Shown here in pieces: positions 1-8,261 of a DNA stretch of 64,000 nucleotides; position 1 is the stretch's first letter, and each line of letters opens with the position of its first letter. Source of the stretch: a virus; IMG/VR virus record IMGVR_UViG_3300044701_002822, positions 12,828 to 76,827 of that record, one strand, 5' to 3'. The notes under the pieces are model-generated. The model was not told where the DNA came from. It saw only the letters and a list, made by a program, of their open reading frames with translations, and made no database searches. The translations under genes and the position numbers were made by a program.

Positions 1-668
1 TCGGGTTTTTTTAGTTCAGCAGTTTGATTTCCTTTGCGATCCATTGCTTGGTGAGATTGTTTAGCTTGAGAATCGGATGTTACAAATCTTCCTGTTTTTT
101 TAGCAACAAATTTTTCAAATCCCCAATCGTTAGCTATTTTTTCTGCTTCTTCTATTTGATGTTGATTATGTTCAAAAATTAAAAAATCCCATCGTGCTCT
201 GCCCCCTGCACTAACGAACGCTTTCATACTGCGTTCTACAGCATCCCAATTAACGCCTTGTCTATATATGTGATTGGTATCACGCAACCCATCTACACTA
301 AAAATAACAGTTCCCATTCTGCCATATATTTTTGCAAGTTCTTGCCACCACGTTTCATCTCTTGCTCCTGCATTTGTATTCATGCTTAACCACATGTTAG
401 GGTTATGCTCTCTAAAATACTTAAAAATTTCCAAGGTGTCTCGTGCAACAATAGGATCGCCCAAATTGCCACACATATACATTGTTTTTAGTTGTTTTAT
501 AAAATTGGGTTCGAATATTTTTTTACAATCTTCGAGTGTTAACTCATCTAAATTTATGTGAGGATTTAATGCACCGCCGTTTTGATTGCGATCACACATA
601 GGACAACTTGCTTGACAATTTTGTGTAACTTCTAAGTGAATTGTTTTTATATCTTTATATTCATACAT
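1..668 (-). CDS. Radical SAM protein, 3' end truncated by window edge (not in ORF track)
   Basis: Manual translation from ATG at 668: MYEYKDIKTIHLEVTQNCQASCPMCDR...CGNLGDP...MNTN...IFSVDG; CxxxCxxC motif; paralog of 26562..27608; start overlaps the TGA of the upstream ORF (ATGTATGA). Confidence 0.92.
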   Translation of the reverse strand, partial: MYEYKDIKTIHLEVTQNCQASCPMCDRNQNGGALNPHINLDELTLEDCKKIFEPNFIKQLKTMYMCGNLGDPIVARDTLEIFKYFREHNPNMWLSMNTNAGARDETWWQELAKIYGRMGTVIFSVDGLRDTNHIYRQGVNWDAVERSMKAFVSAGGRARWDFLIFEHNQHQIEEAEKIANDWGFEKFVAKKTGRFVTSDSQAKQSHQAMDRKGNQTAELKKP

Positions 669-885
669 TGTAAATTAACTTTACGTCCTTTCCAGGTCCT
701 GTTTTGCTAGGTAAATCGCCATGTTGTTCAACATACCAAATTATAACTGCTCGATACCAATTTTGACTATTGTGATGAGCTGCTTTGTTAAACTGCCAAA
801 TATTATTATTAGTAGCTTCCATAGTAGTTAGTGCCCTTGCACTTTCCTTTTGCAATTCTCGTAAACTTAACTTATCTAAATCCAA
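661..885 (-). CDS. Hypothetical protein, 74 aa
   Basis: ORF overlaps both neighbours in operon fashion; no recognisable motif. Confidence 0.75.
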   Translation of the reverse strand: MDLDKLSLRELQKESARALTTMEATNNNIWQFNKAAHHNSQNWYRAVIIWYVEQHGDLPSKTGPGKDVKLIYNV

Positions 886-1780
886 TTTTCATAAACCTTT
901 TATATTTAGGCAACTCTAATTTGCCTTCGTAAAGAACAGTAGTCATTGGAGCACTTGCACTAAATTCTTCTAATGTATTGTAAGTATTTACGTGTTCTTC
1001 GACTTCGTGGTAATCGTTTGCTTGTATTACAACTAATTTACCAGTTGGTATTTTGCTATACCATACTATAAAATCATTTAAATGTTCACAACTGGTATTG
1101 ATAACAGTATCTGGACTATCTACAATTTCACTTTCAGACCCATCCGATCTTAACGTTTTATAACAATAATAGTCGTAATCTATATCCATAATATTTTTTG
1201 TAGTTGCTTTAAATTTCCAGTTATCCACTAACCAAGGTTTATTAAAAATTTCCGCAATACTTGCACAACTAGAATCAATGTCAAAGCTACGAATTTTATC
1301 TACTTTGATTTTGCTTTCGAACAACATTGTAGCTAAAGTACCATACCATCCAGCACACAAAAACACTGTGCCTAAATCTACGTCACACTTTTTTAGTTGT
1401 TCAACTAACCATAATTTACTTTGAAGTTGTCCTCTACTAAAACAATCGGGGTCAATTTTTATATTGTTAACAAAAAAGTTTTTAAATGCAGCAACAAACT
1501 GTGTATCAACATATCTTTCAAGAATAGGCCATAGTTTCCATACATTGTCTTCGATAACTAATTTACGTAAATCTTCGTCATCAACAAGTCTAAAGATACT
1601 GTGTAGATTTTTTTCTAACACTGCTTTTCGTAAATCGTCGATATCACCAGATACTGTATTAGGCAATAATCTAAAAATACTGGTTAAATCACGATCGATA
1701 TAAGATCTACGTAAGTCAGATAGTTTTGTATTATATGGATACAGTAATTCAAATCTGTCTAACAATTCGTATATTTGCAT
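872..1780 (-). CDS. Class I SAM-dependent methyltransferase-like protein with N-terminal helical repeats
   Basis: VFLCAGWYG (Gly-rich motif I), IRSFDID (acidic motif II), VINTSCEH; paralog of 32939..33550; start moved to the ATG at 1780 (TAATG overlap with the upstream stop). Confidence 0.72.
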   Translation of the reverse strand: MQIYELLDRFELLYPYNTKLSDLRRSYIDRDLTSIFRLLPNTVSGDIDDLRKAVLEKNLHSIFRLVDDEDLRKLVIEDNVWKLWPILERYVDTQFVAAFKNFFVNNIKIDPDCFSRGQLQSKLWLVEQLKKCDVDLGTVFLCAGWYGTLATMLFESKIKVDKIRSFDIDSSCASIAEIFNKPWLVDNWKFKATTKNIMDIDYDYYCYKTLRSDGSESEIVDSPDTVINTSCEHLNDFIVWYSKIPTGKLVVIQANDYHEVEEHVNTYNTLEEFSASAPMTTVLYEGKLELPKYKRFMKIGFR

Positions 1781-2493
1781 TATATTTTTAAATTCCATTG
1801 TTTATTAGTATAACATGCATAACAAATACTGTCAACGTACAACTTATTATCTTCTAGTTTGTACTCTCTTGGAGGATTAGCTAGGGTAGGTTTTGCATAA
1901 AAATCGTTGTGGTCATTTAACTCTTTAAATACGGTGTTTTTTGCAACATCTCTATATACTCTTGGCGAATCAGATAATTTAGTGTTGTCTATTGCAAATT
2001 TCATTCCTATAACACTTTTTTCAAAAATTTGGTTAGGTTCTACTAAATCTAACCATTTGTGCTTTTGTTTAAACTTGTTTGTGTGATCTGTAATCACAAG
2101 AGGAATTTTTTCTTTATAAACGTCCGCAAGAAGTATACGAGTTGTTCCTGGATGAACTCCATACCTACCTTTTCCAAACCAACTCATACTCATTGGTGTC
2201 GTAATACCTGTTCCACAACGTATGTCATCAATAATTTTAGAAATTGCGTTTATCTTGCCTATGTGACCATCATTTAGCCAAGGATCGCTACTGTAAACTA
2301 CATGAGAAGAAAAAAATAGATTATCAATTAAATGTTTCAAGTAATTATAGATATTTCTATTTACAAAATTATCATTGATTTCTTTTAACGTAAGATAAGT
2401 GATATAGGTTTTTGTTTGATAGAAACTGTCAAATTGATTAGCTAAATCGACAAATTGTTGGTAAGTTTCTATAGGTAAAACTTGTAAGTCCAT
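1780..2493 (-). CDS. Hypothetical protein (weak ParB/Srx-like motif)
   Basis: 237-aa ORF coupled at both ends by TAATG overlaps; TPMSM...YGVHPGTTR loosely resembles the ParB/Srx GxxR motif. Confidence 0.7.
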   Translation of the reverse strand: MDLQVLPIETYQQFVDLANQFDSFYQTKTYITYLTLKEINDNFVNRNIYNYLKHLIDNLFFSSHVVYSSDPWLNDGHIGKINAISKIIDDIRCGTGITTPMSMSWFGKGRYGVHPGTTRILLADVYKEKIPLVITDHTNKFKQKHKWLDLVEPNQIFEKSVIGMKFAIDNTKLSDSPRVYRDVAKNTVFKELNDHNDFYAKPTLANPPREYKLEDNKLYVDSICYACYTNKQWNLKI

Positions 2494-3464
2494 TATTGCT
2501 TAACCTTTAATTCAGTTCCAAGCATTTGACCTACTTTTGCTGTAGGACTGTTACTCCATATTAATACTTCGGCATCGTCGTAGAGAAAATCGCAGTCCTT
2601 GCAGTATGGTATTTCGTCAAATCTACCCTGTTCATGCAACTCTCTCAAACGGTTGTATTTTTCTCCCCAATAGATATCTTCAAAACTTTGTGAGTCAAAG
2701 TGTCCTAGAACACTTGCACTTTCAGTAGGAGGACCTAGAACTTGGCAACAAGGTGTTACTGCTGCACGATGTCCATTTATGCCGCCTGCTCTTACAGTAA
2801 GTTCATCGGCTTCAGGTCTACCGCAGGTTCTACGTTTACCTAGTCTAGTATAATTTGGTTTATAGTTTCCACTCCAGTTGTGCATTTTCCATATATATGC
2901 TTCTGTACCTATCGGAAAAATAAAGTTTTGCTGATATTGATTTACTTCATACTGTACCCGATTAGGATCTAAAATTAAATGGTAACTGTCTAATCTACAT
3001 TTGCTTGATGTTCGAGCAATATAATCTCTGGTATCACAAGCATACTGATATATCATGTCCCAATTATCTACATTCATCCATTGCTTGTACATTTCTCTAT
3101 TATAGCCTATAACACTAAAACGAAACAGACTCAATCCAGCATCTATGCTGTCACGCATTAGATCTCCGGTAAAATTACTGCCGTTACTATAGATATAACT
3201 ACGTAATCCTCTGCGTGTACATGCTTCAATATATTTAGGTAGATCTTTATTCATTGTAGGTTCGCCAGAGCCTTCTAAGTTTATAAGAGGCGTGCCGTAT
3301 TTAGGCGTAACTTGATCAAGAATATTTTCAAACTGTTCAAGAGGCATAATTCGCAGAAAATGTTTTTCTCTACCGGGAGAAGTCTGTGGACACATTTTAC
3401 ATGTGTAATTGCATCCGCCAAATATTTCTATCACTACACGTTGTAAATTTATTTTGTTTTCCAT
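2493..3464 (-). CDS. Radical SAM protein with C-terminal SPASM/twitch domain
   Basis: CNYTCKMC; GSGEPT; C-terminal CGRP...PCC...LGH...CKDC. Confidence 0.93.
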   Translation of the reverse strand: MENKINLQRVVIEIFGGCNYTCKMCPQTSPGREKHFLRIMPLEQFENILDQVTPKYGTPLINLEGSGEPTMNKDLPKYIEACTRRGLRSYIYSNGSNFTGDLMRDSIDAGLSLFRFSVIGYNREMYKQWMNVDNWDMIYQYACDTRDYIARTSSKCRLDSYHLILDPNRVQYEVNQYQQNFIFPIGTEAYIWKMHNWSGNYKPNYTRLGKRRTCGRPEADELTVRAGGINGHRAAVTPCCQVLGPPTESASVLGHFDSQSFEDIYWGEKYNRLRELHEQGRFDEIPYCKDCDFLYDDAEVLIWSNSPTAKVGQMLGTELKVKQ

Positions 3465-6358
3465 GTCTTGTATAAATGTTCTGCATATAATTTATGATAT
3501 TTTTCATCAAACTGTTTCATGAGCCAATCAAAATCGTTGATCTTTTTAAGTAATTCGATGTTACCTTGATTTTGTAATCCGTAAGCACTACCCATTTTAG
3601 CACCTTGTATTGCGTACTTGCCACATTGTCTACCTGCACCAACAGTACACCAAATTCTTAAACGTTCAGCAGTTTCTTCATCTTTTTGTCTATCAATAAC
3701 TTTACTTGCTAATTTAGTGCATTCACGGAATGCACTTTTCCAAGTATTAAAAGGGTCTGTGTTGAATGCAGTAATATTTGATATATCATGCACAGCCTTG
3801 AACTTGCTGCTAATACTTGTAGTCATGTCGGGCTTGCTGATATCCATGTTAATTGTCAATTCTGTAGGAAACAGTTTTACGCCACCATATCCGTATACCA
3901 TGTCGTTTATAGGGTTTTGGCTACGCCACACATGAACTGTTTCTCGATCCCAACGAGCTACTTGATAATCGAATTTAAAATCATCAACAATTATAGCATC
4001 GCCATCTACGATCCAAAACAAATCAGTATCACACAATTTAGCTGCTTCAATATGTGCTTGATGAATACCTTTGACTCCGTGTACACGCTTTGTATTAGGA
4101 AATCGTTCTAATATACGATTATAATTTTTGTCAGCATTAGGTTCTTGATAACTGATAAACACAATATCGTAAGGTTTAGGGGTACTAATAACAATATTAA
4201 TTTCTTTTTTTGCAGCTACAAATTTGTAATCAAATTCTCGTTTGCTAAATTTAGCATATTTACTGCACAGTAAAATACCATCATGATATTTTCCATTTAG
4301 ATAAGCATGAGTTATTGTTCTATCATACTGTTCATCATGACTAAAATACGTGTCAAATCCAAACCTACTAGTAGGATTAACATAATCAGGTACAATCCAG
4401 AACATTTCAGTTTTGCTTGCATTAAGTGCGTCAATATAATCCTCATATGTTTTAGGATAGAATATTTCATATCGACATGGGCCACTTGCAACTATGTTCC
4501 ATTCCTTCCTGTTTAGAATAAATCTGTGCTCCACTTCCTTTTTTGTTAGCAGGCGATGCTTGGATAGCAAGAACAAACCATTATAAAGGTCTTTGCCTTT
4601 TACCCTATGTATGAATGCATGATTTTGCTGTCTGTCATATATATTATCGTGAGTAAAGTAAATATCAAACTTGAAATTTTCTGCAATAGAAATGTTATTA
4701 CTGTTTGCCCAGAACAATTCAGTAGTGGTATTGTCATATGCGTTTAAATAATCTTCATAACTATCCACTACAAATGTGTCGTACTGTTTAGGGCCACTGC
4801 CTACTATTTTCCATTCTTTGCGATTTACGATATGTCTAAATTCAACTTCTTTTTGTGTCAAGGGTCGATGCTTGCTACATAGAAAGAGTCCGTTATACAG
4901 ATCCTTGTCTTGTACCTTGTGAATGAATGCATGATTTTGCATTCTATCATATTTGTTGTCATGAGTAAAATATACATTGGGTATTGTAGCAGAGATATTC
5001 CTACTGCTCATCCAAAACATTTCTGTTTTGCTATCTTCTACTGCTTTTAAGTATTCGTCGTAACTGTCAATTTCGTATACTGAATAATCAACACCAGTTG
5101 ATGCTTCGATATTCCATTCTTTGGCATTTACAAGAAAACGATGTTCTACTTCACGTTGTGTAAGCGGTCTATGCTTACTACATAAAAACAATCCGTTGCG
5201 TTTATCTCCACAGTGTAAAAAGTTGTGATTTGTTTTTCTGTCAAATGCATTGTCGTGTGTAAAGTAGATGTTGGGTATATTTGCAGTAATATTTTTGCTG
5301 CTCATCCAAAACATTTCAGTTTTACTGTTTTCTAAAGCATACAGGTATTCGTCATAGCTATCGATATCAAATACAGGATATGTTAGAGGACCACTAGCAA
5401 CCACGTCCCACTCTTTTGCATTTACAATAAATCTATGCTCAAACTCACGTTGTGTTAGAGGTCTGTGTTTGGTTAACAGAAACACACCGTTGCGATAATC
5501 TTTGCCATCTACTCTATGTATAAAGTTGTGATTGGATTTTCGATCATACTCATTGTCGTGGGTAAAATATAAATCCATTTTAAAGTTAGGATCTAACTTT
5601 ACATTTGATGTAAATGTCCAAAATAGTTCTGTGGTATCTTTACTTTCAATAGCTGCAAGATATTCATCGTAGGTATTGCACTCTACTATGTCATAAAACT
5701 TTTTGGTACTTCCTACAATATTGTGTTCAATGCGATTCACAGGAAATCTATATTCCACTTCACGTTCAGATAGCTCTCTCCGCTTTGTGCATAAAAATAA
5801 CCCGTTATACAGGCGTTGATCATCGACTTGGTTAATAAAAGCGTGGGTTTGATTTCTTAGCTGACTGTCGTGATGCGAAATATAGAAAGTGTTAACAAGA
5901 TGTAGGTCATGCGTTATAACATTACTGCTCATCCAAAACAATTCTGTAGTAGAATTTTCAAGAGCAAACTTATAATCTTGATAACCATTTATAGCAAATA
6001 AGTCGTAGGGTTTAGGAACACTAGCTACTATGTCTATTTCTTTTTTATTAATATAAAATCTATGTTCGATTTCTTTGTTGGATACATATGAATTTTTTGG
6101 TATCAGTGCAATACCGTCATAAGAATTATTGTTCTTAAAAACATGTACATAATTTTGACTCCACTGGTCTGGAACATAAGTAAAGTCAAATTCACTGTTC
6201 ACTATTACATCGTCCGGAACTAACCAGAAGAAATCTGTTAAAGAAATTTTACGTGCATGTTCGAATGAATCGGCTTTTTTAGCAAGAGGAAATTTACTCT
6301 TTAGATCATTCCACTGTTTAGAATTTTTTTGTAATGTTATAAAAATAATATCATACAT
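3449..6358 (-). CDS. Glycosyltransferase-like (GT-A) protein with 7 degenerate tandem domain repeats plus one intact C-terminal domain
   Basis: C-terminal ~240 aa (YDIVFISYQEPNAD...RVHGVKG...WIVDGD...YGYGGVKLFP...AFRE) is homologous to 49498..50427 and has a DxD motif; N-terminal ~730 aa are ~100-aa repeats. Confidence 0.8.
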   Translation of the reverse strand: MYDIIFITLQKNSKQWNDLKSKFPLAKKADSFEHARKISLTDFFWLVPDDVIVNSEFDFTYVPDQWSQNYVHVFKNNNSYDGIALIPKNSYVSNKEIEHRFYINKKEIDIVASVPKPYDLFAINGYQDYKFALENSTTELFWMSSNVITHDLHLVNTFYISHHDSQLRNQTHAFINQVDDQRLYNGLFLCTKRRELSEREVEYRFPVNRIEHNIVGSTKKFYDIVECNTYDEYLAAIESKDTTELFWTFTSNVKLDPNFKMDLYFTHDNEYDRKSNHNFIHRVDGKDYRNGVFLLTKHRPLTQREFEHRFIVNAKEWDVVASGPLTYPVFDIDSYDEYLYALENSKTEMFWMSSKNITANIPNIYFTHDNAFDRKTNHNFLHCGDKRNGLFLCSKHRPLTQREVEHRFLVNAKEWNIEASTGVDYSVYEIDSYDEYLKAVEDSKTEMFWMSSRNISATIPNVYFTHDNKYDRMQNHAFIHKVQDKDLYNGLFLCSKHRPLTQKEVEFRHIVNRKEWKIVGSGPKQYDTFVVDSYEDYLNAYDNTTTELFWANSNNISIAENFKFDIYFTHDNIYDRQQNHAFIHRVKGKDLYNGLFLLSKHRLLTKKEVEHRFILNRKEWNIVASGPCRYEIFYPKTYEDYIDALNASKTEMFWIVPDYVNPTSRFGFDTYFSHDEQYDRTITHAYLNGKYHDGILLCSKYAKFSKREFDYKFVAAKKEINIVISTPKPYDIVFISYQEPNADKNYNRILERFPNTKRVHGVKGIHQAHIEAAKLCDTDLFWIVDGDAIIVDDFKFDYQVARWDRETVHVWRSQNPINDMVYGYGGVKLFPTELTINMDISKPDMTTSISSKFKAVHDISNITAFNTDPFNTWKSAFRECTKLASKVIDRQKDEETAERLRIWCTVGAGRQCGKYAIQGAKMGSAYGLQNQGNIELLKKINDFDWLMKQFDEKYHKLYAEHLYKTWKTK
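4175..6358 (-). repeat. Seven ~100-aa (~300 bp) intragenic tandem repeats
   Basis: Recurrent Y(D/E)xYxxAxxxSxTE(M/L)FW...YFTHDNxYDR...NGLFLCSKHRPLTQREVEHRF..N.KEW; DNA word ctgctcatccaaaaca recurs near 5004, 5298 and 5925. Confidence 0.92.
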
Positions 6359-6364
6359 ACTGTT

Positions 6365-6393
6365 ATTATATAGCAGTTTTATTGTTGTGTCAA
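6365..6393 (-). promoter_or_regulatory. Consensus sigma70 promoter; probably yields a leaderless mRNA for the 969-aa gene
   Basis: TTGACA (6393-6388)-N17-TATAAT (6370-6365); only 6 nt to the ATG at 6358. Confidence 0.85.
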
Positions 6394-6403
6394 CTTTTTT
6401 ACG

Positions 6404-6422
6404 ATAAATAGTTTACAAGGAG
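6404..6422 (+). promoter_or_regulatory. Late-type promoter motif (ATAAATA) and Shine-Dalgarno AAGGAG for 6429..8261
   Basis: gATAAATA gtttac AAGGAG attatc ATG. Confidence 0.65.
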
Positions 6423-6428
6423 ATTATC

Positions 6429-8261
6429 ATGGAATACTACGAAGGTGCATCTTATAAAATAAACATAGAAGGCTATGACAGCACATTAATTTTGGATGGC
6501 TATACCAGAACTCTTAAAGCTACCGTAATTGATCAAAATGACAACATTATGGTAGACCACGAAACTGGTACTCTATATGGAACGTTAGTAGGAAACATTG
6601 TTGACACTGATAATAACCTTATTTTTGATTCGGAAAGAAGAATCATTCATGCAGAGCAATTCAAAGGCAGTATAGTCGACAAGCACGGTGACATAGTTTT
6701 TGACCATAATCAGACTACTTTTTCAGGAACATTCGTCGGCGACTTGCATGGCAATATCATGTCTGGCGAAACAGTTATTTACGATCGCGAAACACAAAGT
6801 ATAAATGCAAACATCATTGGTAATTTGTTTTCAGCAGATGGCGGACTGTCTTATGATCACGACAGAAATATATTTCAAGGAACCTTTGTAGGTAACTTTT
6901 TAGACCAAGACGGCAACCTGTTGTTTTCAAGCAGCGATACTACACAAAACTTTGGTGACAATGTATTAATGTATTCAGATGGCACCATTGCATTAGATTT
7001 GCATACTAAAATTATCACAGGCAGTTTGTGGGGAAATATTGTTACACAAGAAGGTAATGTTCTGCTCAATGCAGAATCCGAAGGCTTTTACGGAAATGTA
7101 CACGGCCATGTGTTTAGTCGAGATGGGGCAATATTGCTTGATGTTGATACAAAAACAATAACAGGCAATTTGATTGGCGATATTTATAACGCAGATGGAT
7201 TTTTAATATTTGACCACGAAACATTTGAACTTAGATCAAACGTAATGGGTAACATACTTGCTTCCGATGGCAGTATTATGGTTGATACACAAACAGGTGT
7301 TATAGTAGGTACAGTTGTAGGAAACGTATCAGGAAATATTGTAAATTCAGATATGATGACTGTATTTGACTCCGATAACGTAACTTTTGCTTTTCCAATT
7401 CGAGCTGATATTATCGGTTCAGTAACCGGTAATATATATGACATTGATGGTGATAAAATATTAGACGCAGATGAAAGAACGTTACAGATCAATTCAATTA
7501 TTAGTAATTCAATATCTTCAAACTTCTTTGGTACCTTTATAGGCAATATTATAGACCCAGATGGTTTGGTTGTTTTAAATTCAGACTCAAATGAATTTTT
7601 AGGAACTGTAACCGGTCAATTAGAAGGAAATATCTTCAATAGCAGTGGCCAAATAGTATATAACTTTGAAGCAAAAGAGTTTAATCTTGATACAGTCAAA
7701 ATTGTAGACCAATTGTTGTCGATAGATTATGAAAATAACTTGTTGAGTATTGGAAAAGCGTCTTCTAGTGTACCATACAGCGGCGGTACTCTAGCAATAT
7801 ATTCAAACAAAGATATCACAGATGACTATGGTCCTTTGAGTATTTACGTTTCTAAAGACAATTCAAATTTAGGAGCTATTACTCTAGTAAAATCAAGAGG
7901 TACAATTGACCAACCTATGCCTGTACAACCAGGCGATAAGTTGAATGGCATATTATTTGGAGCACAATCAGGTTCATCATCCGAAACTATATGTGCAGTA
8001 GGTTCAATAGAATTTTCAGTAGAAGAAAATTCTGTTATTTCTGATTATAAAATTGCAGGACAATTTGATTTACTATTATCCAACAGCAATGGCGAACTTG
8101 TAAACGTTTTGTCTGTAAACTCTGACGGATATTTAAAAACAAAGATCAAAGATCTAAGTATAGTAGGACAAACTTCTAATACACCGACAAATAGTACTCC
8201 TAATAGATGGTTAGAAGTGCTAGTAAATGGTATTACACAGTATATTCCTCTATATTCATAA
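6429..8261 (+). CDS. Repetitive beta-structured fibre/virion-like protein
   Basis: About 15 copies of a ~24-aa G(N/D)IxxxDGxxxxD repeat; C-terminal KSRGT...VQPGDKLNGILFG segment of the kind seen in phage fibre proteins; strong RBS. Confidence 0.7.
   Translation: MEYYEGASYKINIEGYDSTLILDGYTRTLKATVIDQNDNIMVDHETGTLYGTLVGNIVDTDNNLIFDSERRIIHAEQFKGSIVDKHGDIVFDHNQTTFSGTFVGDLHGNIMSGETVIYDRETQSINANIIGNLFSADGGLSYDHDRNIFQGTFVGNFLDQDGNLLFSSSDTTQNFGDNVLMYSDGTIALDLHTKIITGSLWGNIVTQEGNVLLNAESEGFYGNVHGHVFSRDGAILLDVDTKTITGNLIGDIYNADGFLIFDHETFELRSNVMGNILASDGSIMVDTQTGVIVGTVVGNVSGNIVNSDMMTVFDSDNVTFAFPIRADIIGSVTGNIYDIDGDKILDADERTLQINSIISNSISSNFFGTFIGNIIDPDGLVVLNSDSNEFLGTVTGQLEGNIFNSSGQIVYNFEAKEFNLDTVKIVDQLLSIDYENNLLSIGKASSSVPYSGGTLAIYSNKDITDDYGPLSIYVSKDNSNLGAITLVKSRGTIDQPMPVQPGDKLNGILFGAQSGSSSETICAVGSIEFSVEENSVISDYKIAGQFDLLLSNSNGELVNVLSVNSDGYLKTKIKDLSIVGQTSNTPTNSTPNRWLEVLVNGITQYIPLYS
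6500..7690 (+). repeat. About 15 imperfect ~24-aa coding repeats
   Basis: e.g. LVGNIVDTDNNLIFD / IIGNLFSADGGLSYD / LIGDIYNADGFLIFD / VMGNILASDGSIMVD. Confidence 0.8.

Noticed and set aside
274-561. 95-aa plus-strand ORF, and the many other 60-165-aa antisense or out-of-frame ORFs in the track (e.g. 3618..3935, 7184..7546, 25753..26139, 41271..41765, 59239..59688)
   Set aside because: They lie within longer motif-bearing genes on the opposite strand or in another frame and have no RBS, promoter or motifs; 274..561 is antisense to the edge-truncated radical SAM gene
661-885. Small ORFs (661..885, 18428..18598) as RiPP precursor peptides for the radical SAM enzymes
   Set aside because: No leader/core pattern, repeated cores or Cys/Ser-rich tail; no RRE/PqqD domain, peptidase or exporter in the window
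1780-2493. ParB/Srx nuclease call
   Set aside because: Only a loose GxxR-like match; left as hypothetical
4175-6358. Repeats as a CRISPR array or DGR template/variable repeats
   Set aside because: They are in-frame ~300-bp degenerate coding repeats with no spacers, no adenine-specific pattern evident and no reverse transcriptase or cas gene
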